From: an uncultured Fibrobacteraceae bacterium
Lineage (GTDB): Bacteria > Krumholzibacteriota > Krumholzibacteriia > LZORAL124-64-63
Reading direction: 5' to 3'
DNA length: 29,138 nucleotides
NCBI GenBank assembly: GCA_964384055.1
Contig: CAYLIV010000045.1
Span: forward strand, 1 to 29,138
Below, one piece after another: positions 8,425-16,794 of this stretch (position 1 is the first letter of the stretch; each line of letters opens with the position of its first letter). The translations under genes were made by a program, and so were the position numbers. The notes under the pieces were generated by a model that was not told the origin of the DNA, did not search any database, and saw only the letters and a list, made by a program, of their open reading frames with translations.

Positions 8425-9474
8425 ATGCCCACAGCAATGAACGGCACCACACGTATCGTCCTGATCTTCGTGGACGGCTTTGGCTGGGGCGCGCCGGATC
8501 GGCAAACGAATCCGTGTCTGGATTACGGCGGCAGTCTTCTGCGGGTGCCGGACGCGGAGACATCGGCGACGATACCGGCAGCCCAGGACGGTGACCCACG
8601 CCGCCTGCCCGGCAGCGGCGCCTGGGCCCGACCCATCGACGCGATCCTCGGTGTCGACGGCCTGCCTCAGAGCGCGACCGGACAGACGTCGTTGCTGACC
8701 GGCGTCAACGCCCAGGCGGTGCTGGGCAAACACCTCACCGGCTTCCCCAACGAAACCTTGCGGTCCATCCTGCTCGAGCACTCGGTGCTGCGTACCCTGC
8801 GGCGACGCGGCCGGCGCGTCGCGTTCATCAACGCCTTCCGGCCGCGGTTTTTCGACTTCCCGCGCGAGCGGCAACTGCTGTTCTCGGCGACGACGGTAGC
8901 CAACCTGGCCGCCGATTTACCTTTCTTCCGGCTCGAGGATATCGCCGCCGGCCGATCGATTTACCAGGAGTTCACCAACCGGTCGCTCCAGGAACGCGGC
9001 TTCGACGTGCCGACCTTCACGCCGGCCGAAGCGGGCGCCATCCTGGCGAAGCAGGCGCGCGAGTATGATTTCCTGCTGTACGAGTATTTCCAGACCGACC
9101 GCGCCGGCCACGCGCAGGATCGGCGGCGGGTCGCCGGGGAAATGCTCAAGCTCGACGAGTTTGTCGGACGCCTGCTGGCCGACCTCGGCTTGCGGGGAGC
9201 GGACGCGAACGAGCGCCGGCACGGTGGCGACGACGATGCGCCCCGTAGCCACAGTAGCGAGGACGAGCACCGACGGGGGCCCGAGGCGGCTCCCGATGAC
9301 CCGCAATACCTGGTCCTGTTGACCAGCGATCACGGCAATCTCGAGGACGTTTCGACCAAGCGGCACACCCGCAATCCCGTGCCGCTCTTCGCCTGGGGCG
9401 ACGGCGCGCAGGAGTTCGTGGCGGCAACCACTGGACTGACCGACGTGACACGTAATATCCTGCAGAAGTTCTGA
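8425..9474 (+). CDS. Alkaline-phosphatase-superfamily metalloenzyme (cofactor-independent phosphoglycerate mutase / ApgM / phosphopentomutase-like, PF01676-type)
   Basis: 349 aa. The N-terminal RIVLIFVDGFGWG resembles iPGM VLVILDGYGY. It also has LVLLTSDHGN and a C-terminal NPVPLFAWG. The start could be the ATG at 8425 or the one at 8437. Confidence 0.6.
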   Translation: MPTAMNGTTRIVLIFVDGFGWGAPDRQTNPCLDYGGSLLRVPDAETSATIPAAQDGDPRRLPGSGAWARPIDAILGVDGLPQSATGQTSLLTGVNAQAVLGKHLTGFPNETLRSILLEHSVLRTLRRRGRRVAFINAFRPRFFDFPRERQLLFSATTVANLAADLPFFRLEDIAAGRSIYQEFTNRSLQERGFDVPTFTPAEAGAILAKQAREYDFLLYEYFQTDRAGHAQDRRRVAGEMLKLDEFVGRLLADLGLRGADANERRHGGDDDAPRSHSSEDEHRRGPEAAPDDPQYLVLLTSDHGNLEDVSTKRHTRNPVPLFAWGDGAQEFVAATTGLTDVTRNILQKF

Positions 9475-9648
9475 GTCGGCTCGAACCCGGGCGCCTGCTG
9501 CCGTGTGCCGTCGGCGCGCGTCCGTAGTGCCATGCAACCATTCAGCACCCGCGGACGTCTTTCTTCCGTCGCCGCCGGGCCGTGGTTTCGCGTATCATTG
9601 ACCGGCGCCTGGTGTAGTTGGTCCTCGATTTCCACAAGGAGACCGATC

Positions 9649-10683
9649 ATGAATATTTCGCGCGGCAATCTCGTGTCCACCGTTGTCGGCGTCGCCCTGT
9701 TGCTCGTCGGCGTCATCGTGACCGTCCTGTTCACGACCGACTCCGCCCAGGCCAAGGAAGTGACCAAGGATTTCGCAGAGACCTTCGACGTGCGGCCGGG
9801 CATGACCCTGAAACTCGACCACGGCGACGGTGACGTGTCGATCGAGCCGGCGGACAACGACGTGCTCGACATCACCGTCCGCTATCGCGTCGAACACGCC
9901 CGCATCGGCGTGGGGGACAAGGCCAATCTCGACGTGAAATTTGATCGCGACGACGATGTCATCCGGGTCGTCGGCAAGGAGAAGGGCGGATTTGTCATCG
10001 GCTTCTCGCACTTCAAGCGCTACGAATATACCTATACCATCACCGCGCCACCGTATCTGATACTCGAGCTCCGGGGCGAGGACGGCGACGTCAGTATCAG
10101 GCGTTGGACGGGTAACATCGCCTGTACTCTCGACGACGGCGACGTCACGCTGCACGATATCGAGGCCGAGATGACGACCCTCGAACTGGAGGACGGCGAT
10201 CTGCAGATAGAAGGTTTACGCGGCGAACTCGACGTGCAGGCTGACGACGGCGATCTCGATCTCTTAGAACTCGTGGTGGACAACTGCAATATCGATCTGG
10301 CCGACGGGGAGATTCAGATCGATCGCAGCGAGGGCGTTTTCGATCTCGAGACCGAGGACGGCAACATCGAAATCCGCCGTACGCAGGCCACACGCCTCAC
10401 CGCACTCGCCGAGGACGGGGATATCGAACTCGACCTGGAAGGTGACGGGCCCATCGATCTGGACCTGGAGAGCGAAGATGGCGACATCGACGTCGATCTC
10501 GCCGCGAACCTGTCGGCCGACTTCAGTATCGAAACCAGCGATGGACGTATCCGCCTGCACTTGCCCGACGAGGCGGTCGACGTCGACCGTAAACGCCGTG
10601 CCTCAGGCCAGCTCGGCGACGGCGGCGGACGCATCCGCATCCAGACCGACGACGGCAACGTCACCCTACGCAGCGGCCGCTGA
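9649..10683 (+). CDS. DUF4097-family beta-strand-repeat protein (YvlB/LiaG-like putative adhesin); N-terminal TM anchor, Asp/Gly-rich repeats
   Basis: The ATG at 9649 follows AAGGAG. A TM helix, VVGVALLLVGVIVTVLF, is followed by at least 10 degenerate repeats of the form (E/D)DGD(V/I/L)x(I/L/V). Confidence 0.6.
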   Translation: MNISRGNLVSTVVGVALLLVGVIVTVLFTTDSAQAKEVTKDFAETFDVRPGMTLKLDHGDGDVSIEPADNDVLDITVRYRVEHARIGVGDKANLDVKFDRDDDVIRVVGKEKGGFVIGFSHFKRYEYTYTITAPPYLILELRGEDGDVSIRRWTGNIACTLDDGDVTLHDIEAEMTTLELEDGDLQIEGLRGELDVQADDGDLDLLELVVDNCNIDLADGEIQIDRSEGVFDLETEDGNIEIRRTQATRLTALAEDGDIELDLEGDGPIDLDLESEDGDIDVDLAANLSADFSIETSDGRIRLHLPDEAVDVDRKRRASGQLGDGGGRIRIQTDDGNVTLRSGR

Positions 10684-10700
10684 TCGTTCGGCTGCGGTGT

Positions 10701-10786
10701 CGCCGTTCTGAAACCGAAGCAGTCACCGCGCGGACTCGAGCCGAAGGCGAATGGAGCACGGTGACTGCTTCGGTTTCAGAACGGCG
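10701..10786. repeat. 28-bp perfect inverted repeat (arms 10701..10728 and 10759..10786) with a 30-nt spacer; it sits between convergent genes and is a putative bidirectional terminator or structured element
   Basis: CGCCGTTCTGAAACCGAAGCAGTCACCG and its exact reverse complement, read directly from the sequence. The spacer contains CTCGAG. Confidence 0.7.
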
Positions 10787-10804
10787 AGAAGCCAGCGAGA
10801 ACGT

Positions 10805-11698
10805 TCACGGCCGCAGCCCCTCGAGGTAGAACACCTCGAAGACCTTTTCGTGGAAGATCGGTCCGTGCCCGAAGTAGCCCTCCTCGCCGAACAGCTCTCC
10901 GTGGTCGGACATGATCATGAAGTAGGTATTCTTGGGGCAGCGTTCCATGAAGGTGCCCACGACCTTGTCCAGGTGCTCCACGCAAACGATCTGCTTCTCG
11001 TAGAAGGCCTTGAACTGCTCGGGAGTGAAGAACTCTTCTTCCTTGCGGTCCTCGATGAACTCGCCCGGATTCTTCAGGAATTCGTCGAGGGATTTGAACA
11101 CGCCGTGCACGCCGCTGATGTGGGGCAGGTCGTCGGCTTTCTCACCGGGCAGCAGGTAGGGATAGTGGGTTTCGCCGGTATTGATGAAGAAGAAACTCGG
11201 CTGGTCCTTCTTGAACTCGAGCTGATCGCAGATGGCCTGCAGGTCGTTGTGCGAGGGGGCCAGTTCGTACTTGTCGAAATGGGCCGAGAGGCTGGTCATG
11301 GGATTGAGTACGGGCAGGCTGACCCAGCCTTCGTTGTAGTAACCCTGGGCCTTGAGGAAGTGCGGCAGCGAGAGCTGCGGCACGAACTTGCTGAACTCCA
11401 CTTCCGGGATGTTCAGGCGCTCGGACCAGAGCGAGAACTCCTCGCGATACACGTTGGAGGCGAAAACGCCTTTCGGGCTCGTATGGGGGACCATTCCCAT
11501 CAGGAAGGTATAATGGCTCGGGCTGGTCCAGCTGGCGTAGCTGTAGCGCTGCTCGGCCGCACCGATCCGATCCAGATTGGGAGTATTGGCCTCCATGTAC
11601 GCGTCGTACCGGCAACTATCGAAAACGATGAACACGATGTTGTTCAGCGTGTCCCCACCGCCGAAAACCTTCTTCACGCCATCGAGAAATCCCGCCAT
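10805..11698 (-). CDS. Type-I phosphodiesterase / nucleotide pyrophosphatase (NPP)-like alkaline-phosphatase-superfamily protein, cytoplasmic
   Basis: 297 aa; the ATG follows AAGGA. FDSCRYDAY resembles the NPP FDGFRWDY motif. TSPSHYTFLMGMVPHTS resembles the TFPNHYSIVTGLYPESHG nucleophile region. MIMSDHGE is also present. The residues are rich in F/K/E/Y and GC looks lower than in neighbouring genes. Confidence 0.6.
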   Translation of the reverse strand: MAGFLDGVKKVFGGGDTLNNIVFIVFDSCRYDAYMEANTPNLDRIGAAEQRYSYASWTSPSHYTFLMGMVPHTSPKGVFASNVYREEFSLWSERLNIPEVEFSKFVPQLSLPHFLKAQGYYNEGWVSLPVLNPMTSLSAHFDKYELAPSHNDLQAICDQLEFKKDQPSFFFINTGETHYPYLLPGEKADDLPHISGVHGVFKSLDEFLKNPGEFIEDRKEEEFFTPEQFKAFYEKQIVCVEHLDKVVGTFMERCPKNTYFMIMSDHGELFGEEGYFGHGPIFHEKVFEVFYLEGLRP

Positions 11699-11832
11699 GG
11701 TTGTCCTTCGGTTCTGGATTGTACTAGGTAGTCATTGCTAACAAGGTGGTAGTTGGCCGCGATTTCGGCAAGGGCTGGAACACGCGATACGAAGCGGTAG
11801 CCGCGAAGCCGGCAGCCGCTCTCGAAGAACAC

Positions 11833-11859
11833 GGCCGGGCCACCAGAGGCGGCCCGGCC
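11833..11859 (-). terminator. GC-rich hairpin downstream of trxA, followed on the minus strand by a weak U-tract (guguucuuc)
   Basis: 9-bp perfect stem GGCCGGGCC/GGCCCGGCC with a loop ACCAGAGGC. Confidence 0.4.
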
Positions 11860-11895
11860 AACCAAAGAGGCACTGGTTAGAGCCTCGACCGGGTG

Positions 11896-12222
11896 TCAAT
11901 TCAAGGCGCTGTCCAGAGCCGAAGCCAGCTCCTCCTTGGGCTTCACGCCCACGTAACTCGTATGCACGTTGCCGTCCTTGAAGATCATTACCGTGGGAAT
12001 GCCGCGGATGCCGAATCGGGTGGCGAGCTCTCGATTGTCGTCCACGTTGATCTTGGCGACCTTCACCTTGCCGTCGTACTCGGCGGCGAGCTCCTCGACG
12101 ATCGGGCCGATCATCTTGCAGGGGCCACACCAGGGCGCCCAGAAATCCACGAGCACCGGAACATCGCTGGCAGCCACTTCGACGTCGAAATTGTTACCGT
12201 CAACATTCATGCTGTTAGCCAT
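11896..12222 (-). CDS. trxA: Thioredoxin
   Basis: 108 aa with the WAPWCGPCK active site and a GIRGIPT motif. The ATG start is at 12222. Confidence 0.9.
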   Translation of the reverse strand: MANSMNVDGNNFDVEVAASDVPVLVDFWAPWCGPCKMIGPIVEELAAEYDGKVKVAKINVDDNRELATRFGIRGIPTVMIFKDGNVHTSYVGVKPKEELASALDSALN

Positions 12223-12442
12223 GGTTGATTCCTTTCGGATTTCGGACTGTTTGCAGTCTGTGCAATGGTAGCTGCAGACCGTGAACGCTGTTTTCGGAGA
12301 GCATCATGCAGCTCGCGTGCCCGATCGGGGCAATGAAGATAAATTTTCTCATGAATCAGTTAACGATTATCATTGCAATGTTTTAGGGGTATTAATTTTC
12401 AATCTAATCGTGTCCTGTGATGACACGACAAAGTCCGGGTGT

Positions 12443-12480
12443 TTGACGTTAGCGTTGCATGCAGCTATATTGTTGCAACA
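12443..12480 (+). promoter_or_regulatory. Near-consensus sigma-70 promoter (TTGACG, 17 bp, TATATT) with an overlapping 10-bp perfect palindrome TGTTGCAACA (12471..12480) and flanking TTGCATGC palindromes (12454..12461 and 12487..12494)
   Basis: An AT-rich island of about 150 bp (12340..12490) between divergent trxA and the sigma-54 activator gene. The hexamers and spacer were counted from the sequence. Three TTGCA-containing palindromes lie within 45 bp. Confidence 0.5.
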
Positions 12481-12535
12481 TAAGTGTTGCATGCTACGCC
12501 GGGGTCGTCTTCCGCGGTCATTGTGGTGGCTGACG

Positions 12536-13954
12536 ATGACCGGGTGCTGCCATCAGGAGGTGCGGACCGTGTCCATCGCAGACGATTCGAAGCAGCCGGA
12601 ACTACCGTGCGAGGCCGGACCCGCGCTCAACAGTTTCGGCCCGGCGTGCTTGCTGCCGGTGCTGTCGGCCATGCGGGAAGGCGTCGTGGGCGTGGATGGC
12701 GATCTGCGGATTATCGGCGTGAATCCGGCTGCCGAGCGCATTCTCGGTCGCGACTTCGTCGAACTGGCCGGCAGTCCGGTGTGTACGCTCTACGGCGACG
12801 AGAGCTGTCCCTCGGACCAGCTGGCCGAGACCTTGCGCAGCGGTGAGCCGATCCTCGATTTCCAGACGTCCATCAGGCTGCGGAGCGGTGGCAGGGGGCA
12901 GGTGCTCATCCGCTCGGTGCCCCTCGAGCCCCGCCAGGGCGGCTCCATGGGGGTCGCACTCATACTTGGCGACGTGACCGAGGTCACCGAGTTGCGTAAA
13001 CGGATCAGGCGCCGCCGGCGCCTCGGCGATATCGTCGGCCAGGACCAACGCATGCAGGAGCTGTTTCGTCTGATCGAGGACGTGGCGGCGAGTCCGGCCA
13101 GCGTGCTTATCCGCGGTGAGAGCGGCACGGGCAAGGAGCTGGTGGCCAAGGCCATCCACAACGAGAGCAACCGGGCGTCCGGGCCTTTCGTGCAGGTCAA
13201 CTGTTCCGCGCTGTCCGAGTCGCTGCTCGAAAGCGAACTCTTCGGGCATGCCAAGGGCGCGTTCACCGGCGCAATCGCGTCGCGCCGGGGGCGTTTCGAG
13301 GAAGCGAGCGGCGGCACCATCTTCCTGGATGAGATCGGTGATGTGAGCCCGGTGATCCAGGTCAAGCTGCTGCGGGTGCTGCAGGAGCGGGTCGTGGAGC
13401 GGGTCGGTGAGAATCAGCCGCGGCCGGTGGATGTGCGGGTCGTCTCGGCCACCAACCGGGACCTCGCGGCGCTGCTGGCGACCGGCCGGATGCGCGAGGA
13501 CTTCTTCTACCGGATCAAGGTCGTATCACTGGAGATTCCTCCGTTGCGCCAGCGGCGACAGGATATCCCGCTGCTGGTCCGCCATTTTCTGGATCGTGCT
13601 CGCGCAACCGATGAAGCGGCCGCCGACGTGGACATCTCCAGCGCCGCCATGTCGACGATGATGGCGCACGCCTGGCCGGGCAACGTTCGCGAGCTGGCCA
13701 ATGCCGTCGAACACGCGCTCGTGCTGCGTCGTGGTGGGGTGATCCAGCCGCAGCATCTACCGGTGGAGATATCCCGCGGCGGGCAGGCCGGTCTGCGGGA
13801 GGTGCCTTTGCATAGCGACCAGGAGAGGGATCTCATCCTGGCGGCGCTCGAGCGCGCCGGCTGGAACCGCTCCCGCGCGGCGCGGCAACTCGGCATCGAC
13901 CGCACGACACTCTGGCGAAAGATCAGGGAATACAGGCTTCAAGAGTCGTCCTGA
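12536..13954 (+). CDS. Sigma-54-dependent Fis-family transcriptional activator with N-terminal PAS-like sensor domain
   Basis: Walker A GESGTGKE, the sigma-54 contact motif GAFTGA, ESELFGH, and a C-terminal Fis-type HTH ([22 protein letters not shown]). The start is taken at the ATG at 12536, preceded by GGTGG. The ATG at 12491 or the ORF start at 12281 are less likely because 12281..12490 is AT-rich promoter-like DNA. Confidence 0.8.
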   Translation: MTGCCHQEVRTVSIADDSKQPELPCEAGPALNSFGPACLLPVLSAMREGVVGVDGDLRIIGVNPAAERILGRDFVELAGSPVCTLYGDESCPSDQLAETLRSGEPILDFQTSIRLRSGGRGQVLIRSVPLEPRQGGSMGVALILGDVTEVTELRKRIRRRRRLGDIVGQDQRMQELFRLIEDVAASPASVLIRGESGTGKELVAKAIHNESNRASGPFVQVNCSALSESLLESELFGHAKGAFTGAIASRRGRFEEASGGTIFLDEIGDVSPVIQVKLLRVLQERVVERVGENQPRPVDVRVVSATNRDLAALLATGRMREDFFYRIKVVSLEIPPLRQRRQDIPLLVRHFLDRARATDEAAADVDISSAAMSTMMAHAWPGNVRELANAVEHALVLRRGGVIQPQHLPVEISRGGQAGLREVPLHSDQERDLILAALERAGWNRSRAARQLGIDRTTLWRKIREYRLQESS

Positions 13955-14133
13955 TTGCTGTCCAGGTCGGTCGCACCGTCCGCCTGGTTCCGGCGATTGC
14001 GCTGTCTGACCGCCTGTCCGAGCAGGAATTCAATCTGCCCGTTGACACTGCGGAACTCCGCTTCGGCCCAGCGCCGCAGCTCTGTGTAGAGCTGCGGGCT
14101 GATGCGGAGGGGAAACGTCTTGCGGGCTGCCAC
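13939..14133 (-). CDS. Arc/MetJ-type ribbon-helix-helix DNA-binding protein (64 aa); GTG start
   Basis: [35 protein letters not shown] matches the Arc-family beta-alpha-alpha pattern. The start is GTG (plus-strand cac at 14131..14133) with GGAG 8 nt upstream. The gene overlaps the 3' end of the sigma-54 activator gene convergently by 16 bp. Confidence 0.5.
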   Translation of the reverse strand: MAARKTFPLRISPQLYTELRRWAEAEFRSVNGQIEFLLGQAVRQRNRRNQADGATDLDSNQDDS

Positions 14134-14176
14134 GGTATCGCTCCGGCTACGTGGTTATTGTCTCGATGCGGTTTCG

Positions 14177-15043
14177 CTATTGATACAGCGTACCGGTGTT
14201 GACCACCGGCTGAGCCGCGTGTTCACTGCACAGCACCACGAGCAGATTACTGACCATCGTGGCCTTCTTTTCCTCGTCGAGCTCGACGAGCTCCTTGGCG
14301 TTCAGCTCTTCCAGCGCCATCTCGACCATGCCCACCGCGCCCTCGACGATCTTCTTCCGGGCGGCGACCACGGCGCTGGCCTGCTGCCGCTGCAGCATGG
14401 CGCCGGCGATCTCCGGCGCGTAGGCCAGGTGGCTGATCCGCGCCTCGATGACGGTCACACCGGCCTGGTTCAGACGCTCCTGCAGTTCCCGCTGCAGGTG
14501 AGCATTAATCTCATCGGTGGCGCCGCGCAACGTCAGGCTGTCTTCGGGGCCGTCGTACGGGTAGGAGCTGGCCAGGTGTCGTACGGCAGACTCGCTCTGG
14601 GTTGTGACGTAGTCCTCGTAGTCGTCGACCTCGAACAGCGCCATGGCGGAATCCCGCACCTTCCAGACCACGACAACCGCGATCTCGACGGGATTACCCG
14701 TCAGATCGTTCACCTTGAGGCGCTCGCTGTTGAAGTTGCGTGCTCGGAGCGAGACCTTCATCTTCGTCAGGAAAGGATTGGCGTAACGGAATCCGTTCTG
14801 CGTGCTCGTACCCTTGTAAGCACCGAACAACAACAGGGCAGCCGCCTCGTTGGGATTGATGATGAAGAATCCGGCAGAGAGGAATATGTTCACCACCAGC
14901 AGGATGCTCATGGTGATGATCTGACCAGGGATCTCGGCGGCGATACCGGCGATGAGCAGGTAGATGAACACGGCGTACAGGCAGATGTTGATGAACAGTA
15001 TCGCCCAACCGGACGCGGAATTGAAAGTCTTGTCGGCGTGCAT
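14177..15043 (-). CDS. SPFH / band-7 (stomatin/HflC-like) membrane protein
   Basis: 288 aa with two N-terminal TM helices followed by an SPFH core (…[23 protein letters not shown]…, a coiled-coil tail). The ATG follows GGAGG. The same strand continues 43 bp downstream into the RHH gene. Confidence 0.75.
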   Translation of the reverse strand: MHADKTFNSASGWAILFINICLYAVFIYLLIAGIAAEIPGQIITMSILLVVNIFLSAGFFIINPNEAAALLLFGAYKGTSTQNGFRYANPFLTKMKVSLRARNFNSERLKVNDLTGNPVEIAVVVVWKVRDSAMALFEVDDYEDYVTTQSESAVRHLASSYPYDGPEDSLTLRGATDEINAHLQRELQERLNQAGVTVIEARISHLAYAPEIAGAMLQRQQASAVVAARKKIVEGAVGMVEMALEELNAKELVELDEEKKATMVSNLLVVLCSEHAAQPVVNTGTLYQ

Positions 15044-15091
15044 CGTCGAGCCTCCAGCGCTTTGGGATCCGGTGATCCCTGGTTCGTGTCA

Positions 15092-15108
15092 GATATCATA
15101 ATGATATC
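15092..15108. promoter_or_regulatory. 17-bp perfect palindrome GATATCATaATGATATC in the AT-rich promoter region of the SPFH–RHH operon; candidate operator
   Basis: Read directly from the sequence. It lies about 50 bp upstream of the SPFH start codon in a low-GC stretch of about 60 bp. Confidence 0.5.
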
Positions 15109-15155
15109 ACTATGACATCATACACACAATCGGTATTTCTATTCGGCACTGAAAT

Positions 15156-15185
15156 AAAAAAAACCGGCCGGAGGATCCGGCCGGT
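15156..15185 (-). terminator. Intrinsic terminator downstream of pepT
   Basis: A 9-bp stem ACCGGCCGG/CCGGCCGGT with loop AGGAT is followed on the minus strand by U8 (plus-strand A8 at 15156..15163). Confidence 0.7.
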
Positions 15186-15254
15186 ACATTAATCCCAATA
15201 TATTGTTGTAATTGAATGAATTACGATTCAAGCGCAATCAGCTGCGGACTCGAA

Positions 15255-16517
15255 TCAGGACTCCTTCTCGGTCCAGACCCCGATCAGCTGCAGGATCGTG
15301 TCCACCGCCAGATGCATGTCCTTGACGCAGATCCACTCGGTGTAGCCGTGGAAAGCCTGTTCACCGGTGAAGATGTTCGGCGTCGGCAGGCCACGCGCCG
15401 AAAGGTTCGAGCCGTCGGTACCGCCGCGGATCGAACCGAGTTTGGGCTCCAGACCGGTGCGCTTGACCGCTTCCATGGCGTACTCGATGGCCCGCGGTTC
15501 TTTTTCGAGATCATATTTCATGTTGCGGTAGTACTGCTTGATCTCGAAATCGATGCTGCTGCCGGGCCACTTCGCGCACGCTTTCTCGGCATACTCGCGG
15601 ATCTTCTCGGCCTTGGGTTCGAGACCGTTCACGTCGAAATCGCGGATCAGGAGCGTAACTTCGGTTTCACTCGTGTTGCCCTTGATACTGATCGGGTGGA
15701 TGTAACCCTCCTGGCCCTCGGTGGTCTCGGGAGTGCCCTCGCGCGGCAAGCTGGCGACAAATTCCGACGCGACCTTGATCGACGGGATCATCTTGTCCTT
15801 GGCGTATCCGGGATGGATATCGCGCCCGATGAACTTGACGATGGCGCTGTCGGCACAGAAGGTCTCGTTTTCCACCTCGCCCCGCTGCCCGCCGTCCATG
15901 GTGTAGGCGACCGTGGCCCCGAACTCCTCGATGTCGAAGTGTTTCACGCCCTGGCCCACTTCCTCGTCGGGCGTGAAGGCGATCTTGACCGGGCCGTGCT
16001 GGAAGTCCGGATTCTCCTTCAACCGTGTGAGCGCCTCCAGGATCTCGGCGATACCGGCCTTGTCGTCGGCGCCGAGCAGCGTGGTGCCGTCGGCGGTGAT
16101 GATCGTCTCGCCCTTGCAGGTCTCGAGATAGGGATTGTCCTTCACCGTTATCTTCCGGCCTTCCTGGGGCAGGTCGATGTCGCCGCCCTGGTAGTTGTCG
16201 TGGAAGGTGGGAATGACGTTCTCGCCGCTGACCTCGGGATAGGTGTCCATGTGGGAGATGAAGGCGATGGCCGGTACCTTTTCCCCGGCCGGGAAATTGG
16301 CGGGCAAGGTCGCCGTGACGTAGCAGTTGTCATCGACCTTCGCGTCGTCGAGGCCGAGCGCCCTCAGCTCCGTGACCAGGATCTTCGCCAGATCGAACTG
16401 GCGCTCGGTCGAGGGATAGGTTTCGGACTCTTCGCTACTGGTCGTGTGGACCTTGACGTACGAGACGAAACGATCGACGAGCGAGGGGAACTGCGAATCC
16501 GCTTTCCGTTCTAGCAT
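15255..16517 (-). CDS. pepT: Tripeptide aminopeptidase (peptidase T, M20B family)
   Basis: 420 aa from the ATG at 16517, preceded by GGAGG. The N-terminus MLERKADSQFPSLVDRFVSYVKVHT matches the PepT N-terminus, and M20 metal-binding His/Asp/Glu blocks are present. The 41 extra codons upstream in the ORF track are Arg-rich and unlikely to be coding. Confidence 0.8.
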   Translation of the reverse strand: MLERKADSQFPSLVDRFVSYVKVHTTSSEESETYPSTERQFDLAKILVTELRALGLDDAKVDDNCYVTATLPANFPAGEKVPAIAFISHMDTYPEVSGENVIPTFHDNYQGGDIDLPQEGRKITVKDNPYLETCKGETIITADGTTLLGADDKAGIAEILEALTRLKENPDFQHGPVKIAFTPDEEVGQGVKHFDIEEFGATVAYTMDGGQRGEVENETFCADSAIVKFIGRDIHPGYAKDKMIPSIKVASEFVASLPREGTPETTEGQEGYIHPISIKGNTSETEVTLLIRDFDVNGLEPKAEKIREYAEKACAKWPGSSIDFEIKQYYRNMKYDLEKEPRAIEYAMEAVKRTGLEPKLGSIRGGTDGSNLSARGLPTPNIFTGEQAFHGYTEWICVKDMHLAVDTILQLIGVWTEKES

Positions 16518-16794
16518 GGCGGGCCTCCGCTGGATGATTGACGAAACCGCGCGGCCGCCGTCGGCGACGAAATGGGGAACCGGCGCGGGCAGACAAAAAA
16601 CAACCCGGCGAAGATAACTGCGCGGACGGGCCCTACGCAAGTCGACGTTTGCCGGTTGTCGGAGCGCCAGGGGCCGCCCGCAGTTGCGATAACTGTTTCT
16701 TGTTTGTCCAGCCTCTGGGTGGTAGTGTTCCTAGCCGTGGCAATTTCGCCAGCGGCAATTACGTGCCGATTCATCGACCCACGCGGAGGTACTC

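Noticed and set aside
8917-9537. 206-aa minus-strand ORF opposite the metalloenzyme gene; similarly 10751..11731 (+) opposite the NPP-like gene, 14102..15115 (+) opposite the SPFH gene, 15216..16514 (+) opposite pepT, 21999..23006 (+) opposite the PLD gene, 23760..24680 (−) opposite the OMT gene, and 24634..25827 (+) and 25984..27036 (+) opposite the GT39–TPR gene
   Set aside because: In each case the opposite strand carries a gene with clear family motifs. These alternatives are motif-less and compositionally biased.
12281-12535. Longer N-terminal extension of the sigma-54 activator ORF (start at 12281 or 12491)
   Set aside because: 12281..12490 is AT-rich and contains a near-consensus sigma-70 promoter and operator-like palindromes. 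Neither alternative start has an RBS, whereas the ATG at 12536 is preceded by GGTGG.
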